Source: Phycisphaerae bacterium (lineage in GTDB: Bacteria; Planctomycetota; Phycisphaerae; SM23-33). From it: DNA of 64,000 bases. How positions within the stretch are numbered: the first letter of the stretch is position 1; the number at the start of each line of letters is the position of its first letter. The translations under genes and the position numbers were made by a program. A model generated the notes under the pieces. The model did no database searches. It was given only the letters and a program-made list of their open reading frames with translations, and was not told where the DNA came from. This document shows, piece by piece, positions 1-9,728 of the stretch. Where the stretch lies: assembly GCA_039683615.1 (NCBI GenBank), contig JBDKRA010000021.1, forward strand, positions 1 through 64,000. Direction: 5' to 3'.

Positions 1-132
1 GCGTGGCGTGCCCTTCGGCCGCGAGTCGTGGGTAAAGCGAATGGCCGCAGAATGGGGCCTGGAAAGCACCCTCCGCCCCCGCGGCCGACCGAGAAACGCA
101 GAAAAAGGTACCTGACCCCTTTATTCCTCCCT

Positions 133-681
133 TTATTCCCCCTCCCACTGCGGCGGTTTCATTTGTCCCCTTATTCGCAGGGTGTATCTTTTGCCAATTC
201 CATTGAGTCCCACGCCCGAAATGACTGAGAAGATTTCTGCCTCCGCAACCCATCCCTTGTCCATCAACTTGGAAATCGGCGCGGCGTACCGTTCAGGCAC
301 ATAGCCAAGTTCTTTGACACGATTGAATATGCCCATCCTCGCACACACATGAACCACACGCCTGTTCTTTCGAACGAGGAGAATGGGCTGCTTCTCTCGG
401 CACTTCTTCACGAGACGCTGCTTGCCCTCGTCCATGATGCCTGCAACTAAAAGGCACGGTATCTCGTGGGGTACAAAACCGGAATCGAGCTTGGCCGGCC
501 TCCGGTGTCGCTCTTCTTCCTCTCTTGCCTTTTCTTTGCATCGAGCGTCTTCCGCTGCCAATTCTTCAGGGCTGGGGACTCTGTTCTTGCGTCTGCAAAT
601 TGGGCAGGGTTCCAATTGGCCGATTAGGCTGACGGGGGATTCCAGTTCTTCTCCACAACCTCTACAGGTGTAGATAATCAT
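133..681 (-). CDS. Hypothetical protein: N-terminal CxxC...CxxC zinc ribbon, C-terminal HIRAN-like region. GC is lower than neighbouring genes
   Basis: 182-aa ORF. N-terminus has CRGCG...CPIC. C-terminal half (LLVRKNRRVVHVC...LGYVPERYAAPISKLMDKGWVAEAEI) resembles the HIRAN pattern; domain call from memory only. GC roughly 52% against about 67% around it. Confidence 0.4.
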   Translation of the reverse strand: MIIYTCRGCGEELESPVSLIGQLEPCPICRRKNRVPSPEELAAEDARCKEKAREEEERHRRPAKLDSGFVPHEIPCLLVAGIMDEGKQRLVKKCREKQPILLVRKNRRVVHVCARMGIFNRVKELGYVPERYAAPISKLMDKGWVAEAEIFSVISGVGLNGIGKRYTLRIRGQMKPPQWEGE

Positions 682-1272
682 GGTCTTGCCCTTTCACCGG
701 AACGAAATGATGAAAGCATTGTAGAGCGAACTGGAGGCCAAGGCAAGGTCTGTCAGATTTGGCGAATTAACATCTCAAGTGTAACGCGGGGGTCTGGTGG
801 TTGAGGCACTTTGTGGGCCGATCATTCAAGGCAGTTGCCTGTGGACATTGCTGCTTCTGGGGCACGGGGAGCGGGGCAGATAGTGGTAAACGGGGTACCA
901 ACGTGCGCAGTTTGCAGAAGGACGCGATTGTTTGCGAAAACTCTCCAAAGCCCCCGAAAATGCACCGCAATAGCACCGCAAAAGCACCTCATCGCTGCGC
1001 CGGCTGTTGACCCAAGCGATCCGGTCCTGCGGCATGTTGCCCGGCGGCGGCAAGGGGGGCGACGCATCTGTCTCCCGAAATTTGCTGTGGCTGTGAAAAG
1101 TACAACAAAGTGCAAGGAAGCACAATGTGGTATAGGTGATGCTGGTTTGAGGTACGCCCGCTTCGTGGATTGGCGTCCTCCATGCCTTCGACATGCGCAC
1201 CTGAAGACGCCAAGCTGCAAGCGGCAGGGCTCTGTAGCTGACAGCTGAAAGCTGACAACCGATAGCTCTGTG

Positions 1273-3663
1273 CTATCCGTTGGTCACCGGCGGTGGGGCG
1301 GGGGACGGTTCCTCGCATACAGGCTGTTCCGAGCCGGCGATCTTCTGGCCCGGCAGGGCGGGGTAGGCGATGCGGCTGTGGTAGATGCCGCAGATGCTCT
1401 TGATGAGCGAGGCCTCGACGCGGTGCACTTCCTGGAGGGTCATTTCGCAGTCGTCGAGCTGCCCGTCCATCAGGCGCCGCGAGACCATGGTGTGCACCTG
1501 GTCCTCGATCTGTCCGGGCGTGGGGTTGGCCAGCGCCCGCACGGACGATTCGGCCGCATCGGCCAGCATGAGGATTCCCGCTTCTTTCGAGGCGGGCCTG
1601 GGTCCGCCGTAGCGGAACTCCTGCTCCTCGGGGGGGCGGTCGCCATTACTTTGGCGAGTGGCCTCGTGGTAGAAGTACTGCACCAGCGTCGTTCCGTGGT
1701 GCGTGGCGATGAACTGGTGCAGGACCTGCGGCAGGCCGTACTGGTGGGCCATCTCCAGCCCGTCCTTGACGTGGGCAATGATGACCAGCATGCTCATCGT
1801 CGGCGAGAGCCCCTCGTGGTTGGAGTCGCCGCCGGTGTTCTCGCTGAAATAGTGGGGTTTGTTGACCTTGCCGACGTCGTGATAGTACGCCCCCACCCGC
1901 GCCATCAACCCGCGGGCCCCGATGGCCTCGGCGGCCGATTCGCAGATAGCGCCCAGTTGCAGCGAGTGGTTGTAGGTGCCCGGGGCCTCCATCGCCAGAC
2001 GCTTGAGCAGGGGCTTGGAGGCGTCGCACCATTCCAGCAGCGTCATGCTGGTGGCCACGTCGAACATCCGCTCGATCAGCGGCAGGACGCCCTGGATGAG
2101 GAACCCCGCCAGCAGGGCGAAGCCCGCCGTCCAGGCGGCGTTGAGGGCGATGAACCGAAGCGGCACGTCGGCGGCAATGCCCAGCGCGGTCGTCGCCAGC
2201 AGCGCCACCAATGCCGCGACGGCGGAGACCTCGATGAGCTTGCTGCGCCGCCGCACCTCGTTGAGAAAGACGATGCTGCCGGTCATTCCCGCCAGCAGGA
2301 CCATCAGCAGATCGATGTCGCCGCGCAACTGCAGGACGGTCATCATCGCCAGGACGGTTCCCATGGCGATGGAGAAGCGGTGGTTGTAGGCGATGGTCAG
2401 GACGGTGGTGGTCATGATGACCGGCAGCACGACGGCGTGCGGGTTCCATCCCAGCCCCTGGACCATGATCTTGCTGACGGCCAGCATGCCCAGCATCACC
2501 ACCGTGACGCCCAGGCCCTGCCAGAGCGAGGTGATGACTTGCCTCTGGTACCGCCAGACGTAGCGGCAGAGCACGGCCATCAGCAGCAGCAGGATGCCCG
2601 CGCGGGCCGTGGCCCGGCGCCAGTGCGCCCAGGGGTCCTGCACGCTTTCCTGCTGGAGAAAGGCCTCGTGCTCGCGGGCCAGCAGCAGCAGGTCGTCCTG
2701 TGTCAGGGCCTTGGGGGCCGGGTCGCCGTCGCGGCGGCTGGCGCGTACCAGCACCTGCCCGGCGACGTACTTTTCGCTGGGCGGTTCGGCCTTGAGGCGC
2801 GTGACGCGCTCGTCGATGTCCTTGAGGCTGGCGCCGGTGTCCTTGAAGTACAGCGGCGGACTGCTGCCGACGAGCATCTTCATCAGATAGGTCCGGATGT
2901 CGGTGCGGATGGGCGCGTCGAAGACCAGGGCCAGGTGATCGGTCTCGTCGCCAACTTCGACCGAGCGGTCGGCCCGCACGAGGCTCTGGAGGTCCTTGGA
3001 CTCTCGCCCGCCGGGATACGACAGCCACACGTCGGTCACGGTACGTTTCATCTGCTCGGCGATTTCGGCGCTGTTGATGATGGCCGAGCTGCGCAGGCGG
3101 CCCTTGAGCTGGTCCACTTCGCTCTTGAACTTCTGCCGGCCCGCGGGCGTCAGGTACGGCGACCACGACGCCAGGCTCCGCCCGCCGTCCATGCCGAACT
3201 TCTTGAGCAGGGCCAGCGCCTGGGCCTGCCCCGTCGTCGGGACCATTCCCGACGCCGGCGCCGAGGCCGGCGGGGCGGGCATCAGCGAGGCAACCTCCAC
3301 CGCGGCAGGCAAGGCGGTCAGGTCCTCGATGATGTCCCTGGCCAGGCGCTCGTTGAAGGCGAACGTCGCCAGGGTGGACTGGTTGACGTTGCTGATGTAT
3401 TCCCGCAGCAGGTGCTCGGGCTGGGTCTGGAAGGCCACGCGGGAATGAATGTCCCCCGGAACGTATTGCCCGACCATGTACGGCAGCGGGTCGAGCGGGC
3501 GGCTGTCCAGCAGCAGCACCCCGCAGAAAAACACCACCGCCAGCAGCAGCCCGCGCGGACCGCCACCGTCGCGAAAGTGCAGCCAGGGATTGACCACGAT
3601 GGCGGCGGTGCGCCGGCGGATGTCCAGGCGGCGAGACCTCAACTTCTTCTTAAACGGCCACAT
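1273..3663 (-). CDS. pgpH: 7TM receptor with intracellular HD/HDIG metal-dependent phosphohydrolase (PgpH-like, possible c-di-AMP phosphodiesterase)
   Basis: 796 aa. Signal/TM at N-terminus, large extracellular region, seven hydrophobic helices, then an HD domain (HSLQLGAICE...YYHDVGKVNKPHYFSEN...IIAHVKDGLEMAHQYGLP). Sits directly downstream of phoH, as in the Bacillus yqfE-yqfF arrangement. Confidence 0.75.
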   Translation of the reverse strand: MWPFKKKLRSRRLDIRRRTAAIVVNPWLHFRDGGGPRGLLLAVVFFCGVLLLDSRPLDPLPYMVGQYVPGDIHSRVAFQTQPEHLLREYISNVNQSTLATFAFNERLARDIIEDLTALPAAVEVASLMPAPPASAPASGMVPTTGQAQALALLKKFGMDGGRSLASWSPYLTPAGRQKFKSEVDQLKGRLRSSAIINSAEIAEQMKRTVTDVWLSYPGGRESKDLQSLVRADRSVEVGDETDHLALVFDAPIRTDIRTYLMKMLVGSSPPLYFKDTGASLKDIDERVTRLKAEPPSEKYVAGQVLVRASRRDGDPAPKALTQDDLLLLAREHEAFLQQESVQDPWAHWRRATARAGILLLLMAVLCRYVWRYQRQVITSLWQGLGVTVVMLGMLAVSKIMVQGLGWNPHAVVLPVIMTTTVLTIAYNHRFSIAMGTVLAMMTVLQLRGDIDLLMVLLAGMTGSIVFLNEVRRRSKLIEVSAVAALVALLATTALGIAADVPLRFIALNAAWTAGFALLAGFLIQGVLPLIERMFDVATSMTLLEWCDASKPLLKRLAMEAPGTYNHSLQLGAICESAAEAIGARGLMARVGAYYHDVGKVNKPHYFSENTGGDSNHEGLSPTMSMLVIIAHVKDGLEMAHQYGLPQVLHQFIATHHGTTLVQYFYHEATRQSNGDRPPEEQEFRYGGPRPASKEAGILMLADAAESSVRALANPTPGQIEDQVHTMVSRRLMDGQLDDCEMTLQEVHRVEASLIKSICGIYHSRIAYPALPGQKIAGSEQPVCEEPSPAPPPVTNG

Positions 3664-3744
3664 TATCTTGATTCTCTACGTCGGCGGGGATATTGGCAAT
3701 GACAAATGCACTATGCGGCAGGTGAGCGATAGATTAAGCCGCTG

Positions 3745-3823
3745 AGGTCGCTGAGGACGCTGAGGGAAGAAGTTGTTTTATCTTCTCATATCCTCGGCGT
3801 CTTCAGCGACCTCAGCGGCTTAA
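3745..3823. repeat. Imperfect palindrome built from the GCTGAGGTCGCTGAGGACGCTGAG repeat unit; likely intergenic hairpin or terminator between phoH and pgpH
   Basis: ttaagccgctgaggtcgctgaggacgctgagg at 3745-3776 and its near-reverse-complement cctcggcgtcttcagcgacctcagcggcttaa at 3792-3823 (2 mismatches). The same unit recurs at 27012-27038 and inverted at 27603-27625. Confidence 0.7.
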
Positions 3824-3859
3824 TAGTCCATGGATACCTCTGCGACTGGCGATCGCGCG

Positions 3860-4795
3860 CTAGCGGCCCTCGCTTCGCCCATAGGCGTCGACGATATTCT
3901 GGACCAGCTTGTGCCGGACGATGTCCTCGCGGTCCAGTTCCACAAAGGCCAGGCCCTTGATGCCCGATAGGCGACGCTTGGCGTCGAGCAGGCCGCTGCC
4001 GGCCTCGGGGGGCAGGTCGATCTGGCTGTCGTCGCCGGTGACGACCATCTTTGAACCGTTGCCCATGCGAGTCAGGAACATCAGCATCTGCGAGGCAGTG
4101 GTGTTCTGGGCCTCGTCGAGGATGATGACCGAGTCGTTGAGCGTGCGGCCGCGCATGAACGCCAGGGGGATGACCTCGATCATGTCGTTGGCCATGAAGC
4201 GGCGGATCTGCTCGTAAGCCATCATGTCGTGGAGGGCGTCGAAGAGCGGCCTCAGGTACGGATTGACCTTGGCCTGCATGTCGCCGGGCAGAAAGCCCAG
4301 CTTCTCGCCGGCCTCGACAGCGGGGCGAGCCAGGATGAGGCGCTTGGCCTTTTCGTGCTTGAGCAGGTGCACCGCGTAGGCGACGGCCAGGTACGTCTTG
4401 CCGGTGCCGGCAGGGCCCGTGCAAAAGACCAGGTCGCAGGACTGCATGGCCTCGATGTAGCGTCGCTGTCCGGCGGTCTTGGGGCTGATGATCTGGCTTT
4501 CGCCGCAGACGTCGAGGCTGCCGGCCATCTCCTCGACGCTGCCGGCCAGCTTGACCAGCAGATCGGCGACGGTGTCGGGGGAGATGGGGCGGTTCTCTCG
4601 CAGCGTGCGCTGGAGTTCGTCGATGACGGCCGCGGCACGCGAGACGTTGCGGTTTCGCCCGGTGATGGTGACCTGTCCGCCGCGGGCGAAAATTTGCACT
4701 GCCAGCGCGTCGCGGATCATCTTGAGGTGCCGGTCGGCCTGCCCAAACAGCGCCGCGCGTTTCTCGGGCTGCTCTAGGGTGATGTTCAGTTCCAT
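3860..4795 (-). CDS. phoH: PhoH-like ATPase (PhoH/YbeZ family)
   Basis: 311 aa. Walker A GPAGTGKT, conserved PhoH core (LVFCTGPAGTGKTYLAVAYAV...ILARPAVEAGEKLGFLPGD...VVTGDDSQIDLP). Confidence 0.85.
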   Translation of the reverse strand: MELNITLEQPEKRAALFGQADRHLKMIRDALAVQIFARGGQVTITGRNRNVSRAAAVIDELQRTLRENRPISPDTVADLLVKLAGSVEEMAGSLDVCGESQIISPKTAGQRRYIEAMQSCDLVFCTGPAGTGKTYLAVAYAVHLLKHEKAKRLILARPAVEAGEKLGFLPGDMQAKVNPYLRPLFDALHDMMAYEQIRRFMANDMIEVIPLAFMRGRTLNDSVIILDEAQNTTASQMLMFLTRMGNGSKMVVTGDDSQIDLPPEAGSGLLDAKRRLSGIKGLAFVELDREDIVRHKLVQNIVDAYGRSEGR

Positions 4796-4798
4796 AAG

Positions 4799-5548
4799 CT
4801 ACCGTGCCGGGGAGGGCGTGATGCTGGTATCCGTGGCGCTCTGGGGGATGCCGCCGGCCACGGCCGCGGTGACGTTCTTGTAGATGTTATCATTCTTGAA
4901 GCCGGCCAGGTTGGCCGCCGCGGTTGTGGCGGGTTTGTAATAGGACACGTTCTTGTCGGCCGTCATCACCATGATGCCTTCCTGGTGGTTGGGACCCTTG
5001 GCGACGTTGGTGGGGTTCAGGTCCGCCATGATTACCACGCCCGGCGCCAGCGAATTGCTGCTGATGGCCGCGGGGTTGGTGTTCGTCCCATCGGAGGCGT
5101 AAGGCCACTGGATGCCGTACGAGAAGTTGCTGCGGCTGACCCATCCGTACTTGTCGCTGCTGCTGCGCTGGGCCCAACCGCTGTCGCCGGGGCATTTGAA
5201 GGCCGAGTCGGGGACGTACTGTTCGGCGATCAGCCGCCAGACGTTCTGCATGGCGTTAGGCTTGGCGCTGTCGAGCGTGTTGACGTCGTTGGAGGTGCCC
5301 ATGGCGGCGGTGTTCGGGTCGCCCGAGGTGAACACCATCGGAAAGGCCTGCGTTCCTCCGGAGGAGTTGGCGCTGGTGGCTTGCCAGCTCGCCACCGCTT
5401 TGGCAATGGTCGACAGGTTCGTCAGGCATGCCGTGCGCCGGGCATCGCGGAGATTGTTGCTGATGACGGGCACCAGGATGGCCACCAGCACAAGGATGAT
5501 GGATATCACCACCAGCAACTCGACCAGAGTAAATGCACGCTTTGCCAT
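4799..5548 (-). CDS. Prepilin-type N-terminal cleavage/methylation domain protein (DUF1559-like pseudopilin, Planctomycete type)
   Basis: N-terminus MAKRAFTLVELLVVISIILVLVAILVPV (class III signal / N-methylation motif) followed by a T/N/S-rich region. Confidence 0.7.
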   Translation of the reverse strand: MAKRAFTLVELLVVISIILVLVAILVPVISNNLRDARRTACLTNLSTIAKAVASWQATSANSSGGTQAFPMVFTSGDPNTAAMGTSNDVNTLDSAKPNAMQNVWRLIAEQYVPDSAFKCPGDSGWAQRSSSDKYGWVSRSNFSYGIQWPYASDGTNTNPAAISSNSLAPGVVIMADLNPTNVAKGPNHQEGIMVMTADKNVSYYKPATTAAANLAGFKNDNIYKNVTAAVAGGIPQSATDTSITPSPAR

Positions 5549-5741
5549 GGATACCTCTCCTTGCGGGGCCTGGGGGGTGGGAGGTTAGGTTTGCCTACAC
5601 ATATTATCGCACGGGATCAAACGCACAAACAGGTTTTTTGCGATTGATTTCGGTAAAGACGGTCGCTCTGAACTAGAAGGGCTGAGCGACCCGGAGGCCG
5701 CCCAGCCCTTTATCTAGCTGGCTACAACTCTACTGCTGGAC

Positions 5742-6530
5742 TTAGTTGCCCAGGATGACCCAGTCGGTGTTCGCGCCGGGCAGCGTTACGGCACCACCGG
5801 TCACCACATGATTAGCCGAGTCGGCATAGATCTCATCGCCGTTAACCACCGAGTTCGGGGTTGAGGGCTGGTGGAAGATCACGTTGCCGGCCTGGGTCAG
5901 ATACGCCAGACCACTACCGTGGTTCTGGTATCCGGCCGGTCCAGCCACCACGGTGGTAGCCGAACGGGTGAGCATGTCGGCCATGAGCACGCCGGTGGGC
6001 TTCAGGGCCGTCGGGGTGGCCGTGTCGCTATCATAGGTGATAGCCGGATTGGCGCTGCTGGCCGTAGCGTCGGCGGCAGCAACCTTGTCAAAGGGGCACT
6101 GGATACCGTACGAGAACTCACGGTTGGTGGACCAGCCGTAGGGCTTGGTCGTATCGGCAACAACCCGCTGCTGCCAACCATTGGTCCCGCCGTCGCCGCC
6201 GCACTTGAAGGCGGTTTCCGGAACAAGGCCGGCGCCGATCAACTGCCAGACCTGGTTCATCGGGGTGACAGAGATCGTCGCTACGGTGGCCGCCTGCGTG
6301 TACGTGGTTGCATTGGGGTCGCCATAGGCGACGATCCTGGCGAACTGTCCACCGTTCTTGTTGTTATACTCTCTGAACGCTCCGCCGATCGTCTTGAGGT
6401 TGGTCAGGCAGGCCGTCTTGCGGGCCTCGGCCAACGCGTTGCCGATGACCGGCACGAGGATCGCCACCAACACGGCGATGATCGCGATAACCACCAACAG
6501 CTCAACTAGTGTAAACGCTTTACGCTTCAT
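5742..6530 (-). CDS. Prepilin-type N-terminal cleavage/methylation domain protein (DUF1559-like); tandem paralog of 4799-5548
   Basis: N-terminus MKRKAFTLVELLVVIAIIAVLVAILVPV...ARKTACLTNLKTIG, nearly identical to the neighbouring gene's N-terminus. Confidence 0.7.
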   Translation of the reverse strand: MKRKAFTLVELLVVIAIIAVLVAILVPVIGNALAEARKTACLTNLKTIGGAFREYNNKNGGQFARIVAYGDPNATTYTQAATVATISVTPMNQVWQLIGAGLVPETAFKCGGDGGTNGWQQRVVADTTKPYGWSTNREFSYGIQCPFDKVAAADATASSANPAITYDSDTATPTALKPTGVLMADMLTRSATTVVAGPAGYQNHGSGLAYLTQAGNVIFHQPSTPNSVVNGDEIYADSANHVVTGGAVTLPGANTDWVILGN

Positions 6531-7228
6531 GGTACCGCTCCCAATAATGCGCCGATAAGCAGATCAGGCTGATATCGTATCTATGAAGACATTTCGCGCC
6601 AGGTCTGCATCGACTCGGCCGCCAAAGCGGCCTGGTTTCGCTTCGCATTCAGCTTCAGGCTGAATACCCAGTCCATCACGCTTATGTCAACTTTTTGGCC
6701 CACCGATGGCCGCAAAGAGAGTAGAGGAATGGCCGGCGCATCCAGTCAGCTCGCGCTGCGAGAATGTCCCGACCCGGCTCCTTTAGCCGTCACATCGTTC
6801 GGTGGTAAAGGTGGGACAAGGAGAAATAAAACAAACATATAAGGGCATATAGCGTGCCTTGATCACCTTTGCCATATTAAATATACTCCGCGCTCCACAT
6901 GCGGGTCAACACCAAGACACCATTATTTTCTCTCCAAGAGTCTCCGGCGGCCAACGGCAAAAGCGGGAAAAACCCGGCAGGTGAAACTTCGCGGTAATTC
7001 GCTGTAAGAGCGTCAGATATGCCTGTTAATGTTCCATGCCGCTGACCGGTTTGCCGCGTGGCTGATTCGGATATTCCACAAATTCAATGAAAAATTTCCT
7101 TCAGTTGGCGACTGGACAGGTCGAAATTCAATTACACGCCGGTCTGTCCGCAGACCATTGACATCCCCTCGCGCCGCCCATACCTTGCACGCGATGCACT
7201 GCAATCACCTAATGGAGCCCTGCCGCTG

Positions 7229-8674
7229 ATGCCGGACGTGAACGCCATTGCCGCCAAGCTCGCCCAACACGGTCAATCGCACCTGCTTCGGTTTTACGAT
7301 GAGCTTCCGCCGGCGCGTCAGGCGGCCTTGCTGAACCAGATCGAACAGATCGACCTGGACGAACTCGGCCGCCTGGTCGCGCAGTACGTCCTGGCCGCTC
7401 CCGCCGCGGCCATCGAGGGAGAGATCGAGCCCGCCCCGGTGGTGTCTGCGCGGACGGGCGGTGACAGAATCGCCGCCGAGTTGTCAGCCGCACGGTTGCG
7501 CGGGCAGGAGCTGATCGCGGCGGGGAAGGTCGCGGCCTTTGTCGTCGCCGGCGGGCAAGGCACGCGGCTGGGCTTCGACGGGCCCAAGGGTTGCTTCCAG
7601 GCCACGCCGGTGGCGCACAAGCCGCTGTTCCAGGTCTTCGCCGAGCAGATTCTGGCCGCCTCGCGGCGCAGCGGCAAGGCCATCCCCTGGTACATCATGA
7701 CCTCGCCGCTCAACGACGCGGCCACGCAGGCGTTCTTCCGCCAGCAGAACTATTTCGGCCTTGATGGCGCCGATGTGTTCTTTCTGGTTCAGGGCACGAT
7801 GCCGGCTATCAGCCTGGGCTGCCCCGGCGGTCCGGCGGCGGGCAAGCTGCTGCTGGAGCAGCGCGACGCGCTGGCGACCAGCCCCAACGGCCACGGCGGG
7901 GCGATGACGGCCCTGCGGCAAAGCGGGGCGCTGGACGACATGGCGCGGCGCGGGATCGAGTTGATCAGTTATTTCCAGGTGGACAATCCGCTGGTGCGCG
8001 TGATCGACCCGCTGCTGCTGGGCCTGCACCACCTGCGCGGCGCCGAGGCCAGTGCCAAGAGCCTGCCCAAGCGCGATCCGATGGAGAAGGTGGGCAACTT
8101 CTGCCTCGTCGACGGCAAGGTCAGCGTGATCGAGTATTCCGACATGCCCGACGAACTGGCCCGCGCCACCATGCCCGACGGGCGCCTGCTCTACGGGGCC
8201 GGCAGCATCGCCATCCACGCCTTCTCGCGCACGTTCGTCGAGCGGCTGACCGCCGGCGGGCGAACGATGCTGCCCTTCCACCGCGCCGACAAGAAGGTGC
8301 CTTTCCTGGACGCCGCCGGCCGCCGCGTCGAGCCCGAGCGCCCCAACGCCGTCAAGCTGGAGATGTTCATCTTCGACGCCCTGCCCCTGGCGCGCCAGAC
8401 GGTGATTCTCGAGACCGACCGTAGCGAAGAGTTCAGCCCCATCAAGAACGCTACCGGTCTGGACTCGCCGGCCACCAGCCTGCACGATCAGGTGCGGCGT
8501 GCGGCCGCCTGGCTCGATGCCGCCGGCGTGAGCGTCCCGCGCGACGCCGACGGGCAGGTCGCCGCGGCGATTGAGATCTCGCCGCTGTACGCCGACAGCC
8601 CCGAGGCCCTGGCCGGTCGCGTCGACCCCAAGCTGGCGATCGCGCCGGGGCAAAGCCTGTACCTCGCCCCGTAG
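7229..8674 (+). CDS. UDP-sugar / UDP-N-acetylglucosamine pyrophosphorylase (UDPGP family, eukaryotic-type UAP1-like)
   Basis: 481 aa. Nucleotide-binding loop AFVVAGGQGTRLGFDGPKG, PWYIMTS motif, and a GH..A..G.. region typical of UTP-sugar-1-phosphate uridylyltransferases. Confidence 0.7.
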   Translation: MPDVNAIAAKLAQHGQSHLLRFYDELPPARQAALLNQIEQIDLDELGRLVAQYVLAAPAAAIEGEIEPAPVVSARTGGDRIAAELSAARLRGQELIAAGKVAAFVVAGGQGTRLGFDGPKGCFQATPVAHKPLFQVFAEQILAASRRSGKAIPWYIMTSPLNDAATQAFFRQQNYFGLDGADVFFLVQGTMPAISLGCPGGPAAGKLLLEQRDALATSPNGHGGAMTALRQSGALDDMARRGIELISYFQVDNPLVRVIDPLLLGLHHLRGAEASAKSLPKRDPMEKVGNFCLVDGKVSVIEYSDMPDELARATMPDGRLLYGAGSIAIHAFSRTFVERLTAGGRTMLPFHRADKKVPFLDAAGRRVEPERPNAVKLEMFIFDALPLARQTVILETDRSEEFSPIKNATGLDSPATSLHDQVRRAAAWLDAAGVSVPRDADGQVAAAIEISPLYADSPEALAGRVDPKLAIAPGQSLYLAP

Positions 8675-8692
8675 CAGCGGTAAGATGACCTT

Positions 8693-9550
8693 ATGACCCT
8701 GCCGCAAATCATCGCGTTCATCAACCCGGCCAAACCGGGCGTCAAGGAAAAGGTTGATGCCCTGCGCCCCTGGCTCAAGCAGCGCGTCGAGATCGTCGCC
8801 GAACTCAACTCCGGCGACGCGGTGCCGGACGATCTGCCCCAGGCCGGTCTGTGCGTGATTTTCGGCGGCGACGGCACGCTGCTGGCCGCGGCCCGCGCCC
8901 TGGCGCCGCGCGGTCTGCCGCTGCTGGGCGTGAACTTCGGCAAGCTGGGATTCCTCGCCGAGTTCAGCGTCGAGGATCTCCGCACGCATCTGGATGCGAT
9001 ACTGGCCGGCGAGGTGGTCGTCTCGCAGCGCATGATGCTCGACGTGAGTGTGTACGGAACGTGCCAGGACGGCCAATCGCCCGGCTTTACCTCGCTGGCG
9101 ACGAACGACGTAGCCGTATCGAGCGGATACCCGTTCCGCATGATCGAACTGACCGTCACGCAAGGCGCCGTGCATGTGGTGCGATACTACGGCGACGGCC
9201 TGGTCATCTCGACGCCCACCGGCTCGACGGGCTACAACATGTCCGCCGGCGGGCCGATCCTCGAGCCGACCATCGACGCCATCGCCATCACGCCGGTAGC
9301 CCCGCACACGCTGTCGATGCGACCGATCGTCGTGGCCAGCACGCAGCCCATCTGCATCACGGCGACGGCTGTAAATCCGGGAACGACCGTCAGCGTCGAT
9401 GGGCAGATCAACAGCCCGCTGTGCACCGGCAGCCGCGTGGAGATCCGCCGCAGCAACGTGCCGGCCCGGATCATCACGCACCCGCGGCGGACGTTCTTCA
9501 GCACGCTGACCGACAAGCTCGACTGGGGGAGCGACCCCCACACCCCGTGA
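8693..9550 (+). CDS. nadK: NAD(+) kinase
   Basis: 285 aa. GGDGTLL motif and NFGKLGFL...PTGSTGYNMSAGGPI, the canonical NadK/PpnK signatures. Confidence 0.85.
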   Translation: MTLPQIIAFINPAKPGVKEKVDALRPWLKQRVEIVAELNSGDAVPDDLPQAGLCVIFGGDGTLLAAARALAPRGLPLLGVNFGKLGFLAEFSVEDLRTHLDAILAGEVVVSQRMMLDVSVYGTCQDGQSPGFTSLATNDVAVSSGYPFRMIELTVTQGAVHVVRYYGDGLVISTPTGSTGYNMSAGGPILEPTIDAIAITPVAPHTLSMRPIVVASTQPICITATAVNPGTTVSVDGQINSPLCTGSRVEIRRSNVPARIITHPRRTFFSTLTDKLDWGSDPHTP

Positions 9551-9720
9551 CAACGCGGGAAATCACAAACCTCAAACTACAAAACCCAAACAAAAAGACA
9601 AACCACAAGAAACAAACAAAAGACATGCTCTTCCCATTCCTTTGTTTGAAGTTTCATCTTTGTCTTTTGAGGTTTGTTTGTGATTTGTGTTTTGGGTTTT
9701 GTAGCTTGTTTTCTTTCTGC
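9551..9720. repeat. Long A/C-rich imperfect palindrome (about 80-nt arms); candidate terminator or structured sRNA; same family as 21415-21545
   Basis: aaatcacaaacctcaaactacaaaacccaaacaaaaagacaaacc... is mirrored by ...ggtttgtttgtgatttgtgttttgggttttgtag. Lies between the nadK stop and the next gene. Confidence 0.6.
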
Positions 9721-9728
9721 GAGGCCTT

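Noticed and set aside
1270-3702. 810-aa plus-strand ORF opposite the 7TM-HD gene, and 1646-3166 minus-strand alternative frame
   Set aside because: The minus-strand 796-aa frame contains the HD motif and TM helices. The others are low-complexity shadow ORFs.
7484-9553. 689-aa antisense ORF across the UDPGP and nadK genes
   Set aside because: It spans two well-supported plus-strand genes; the composition is an Arg/Gly-rich artefact.
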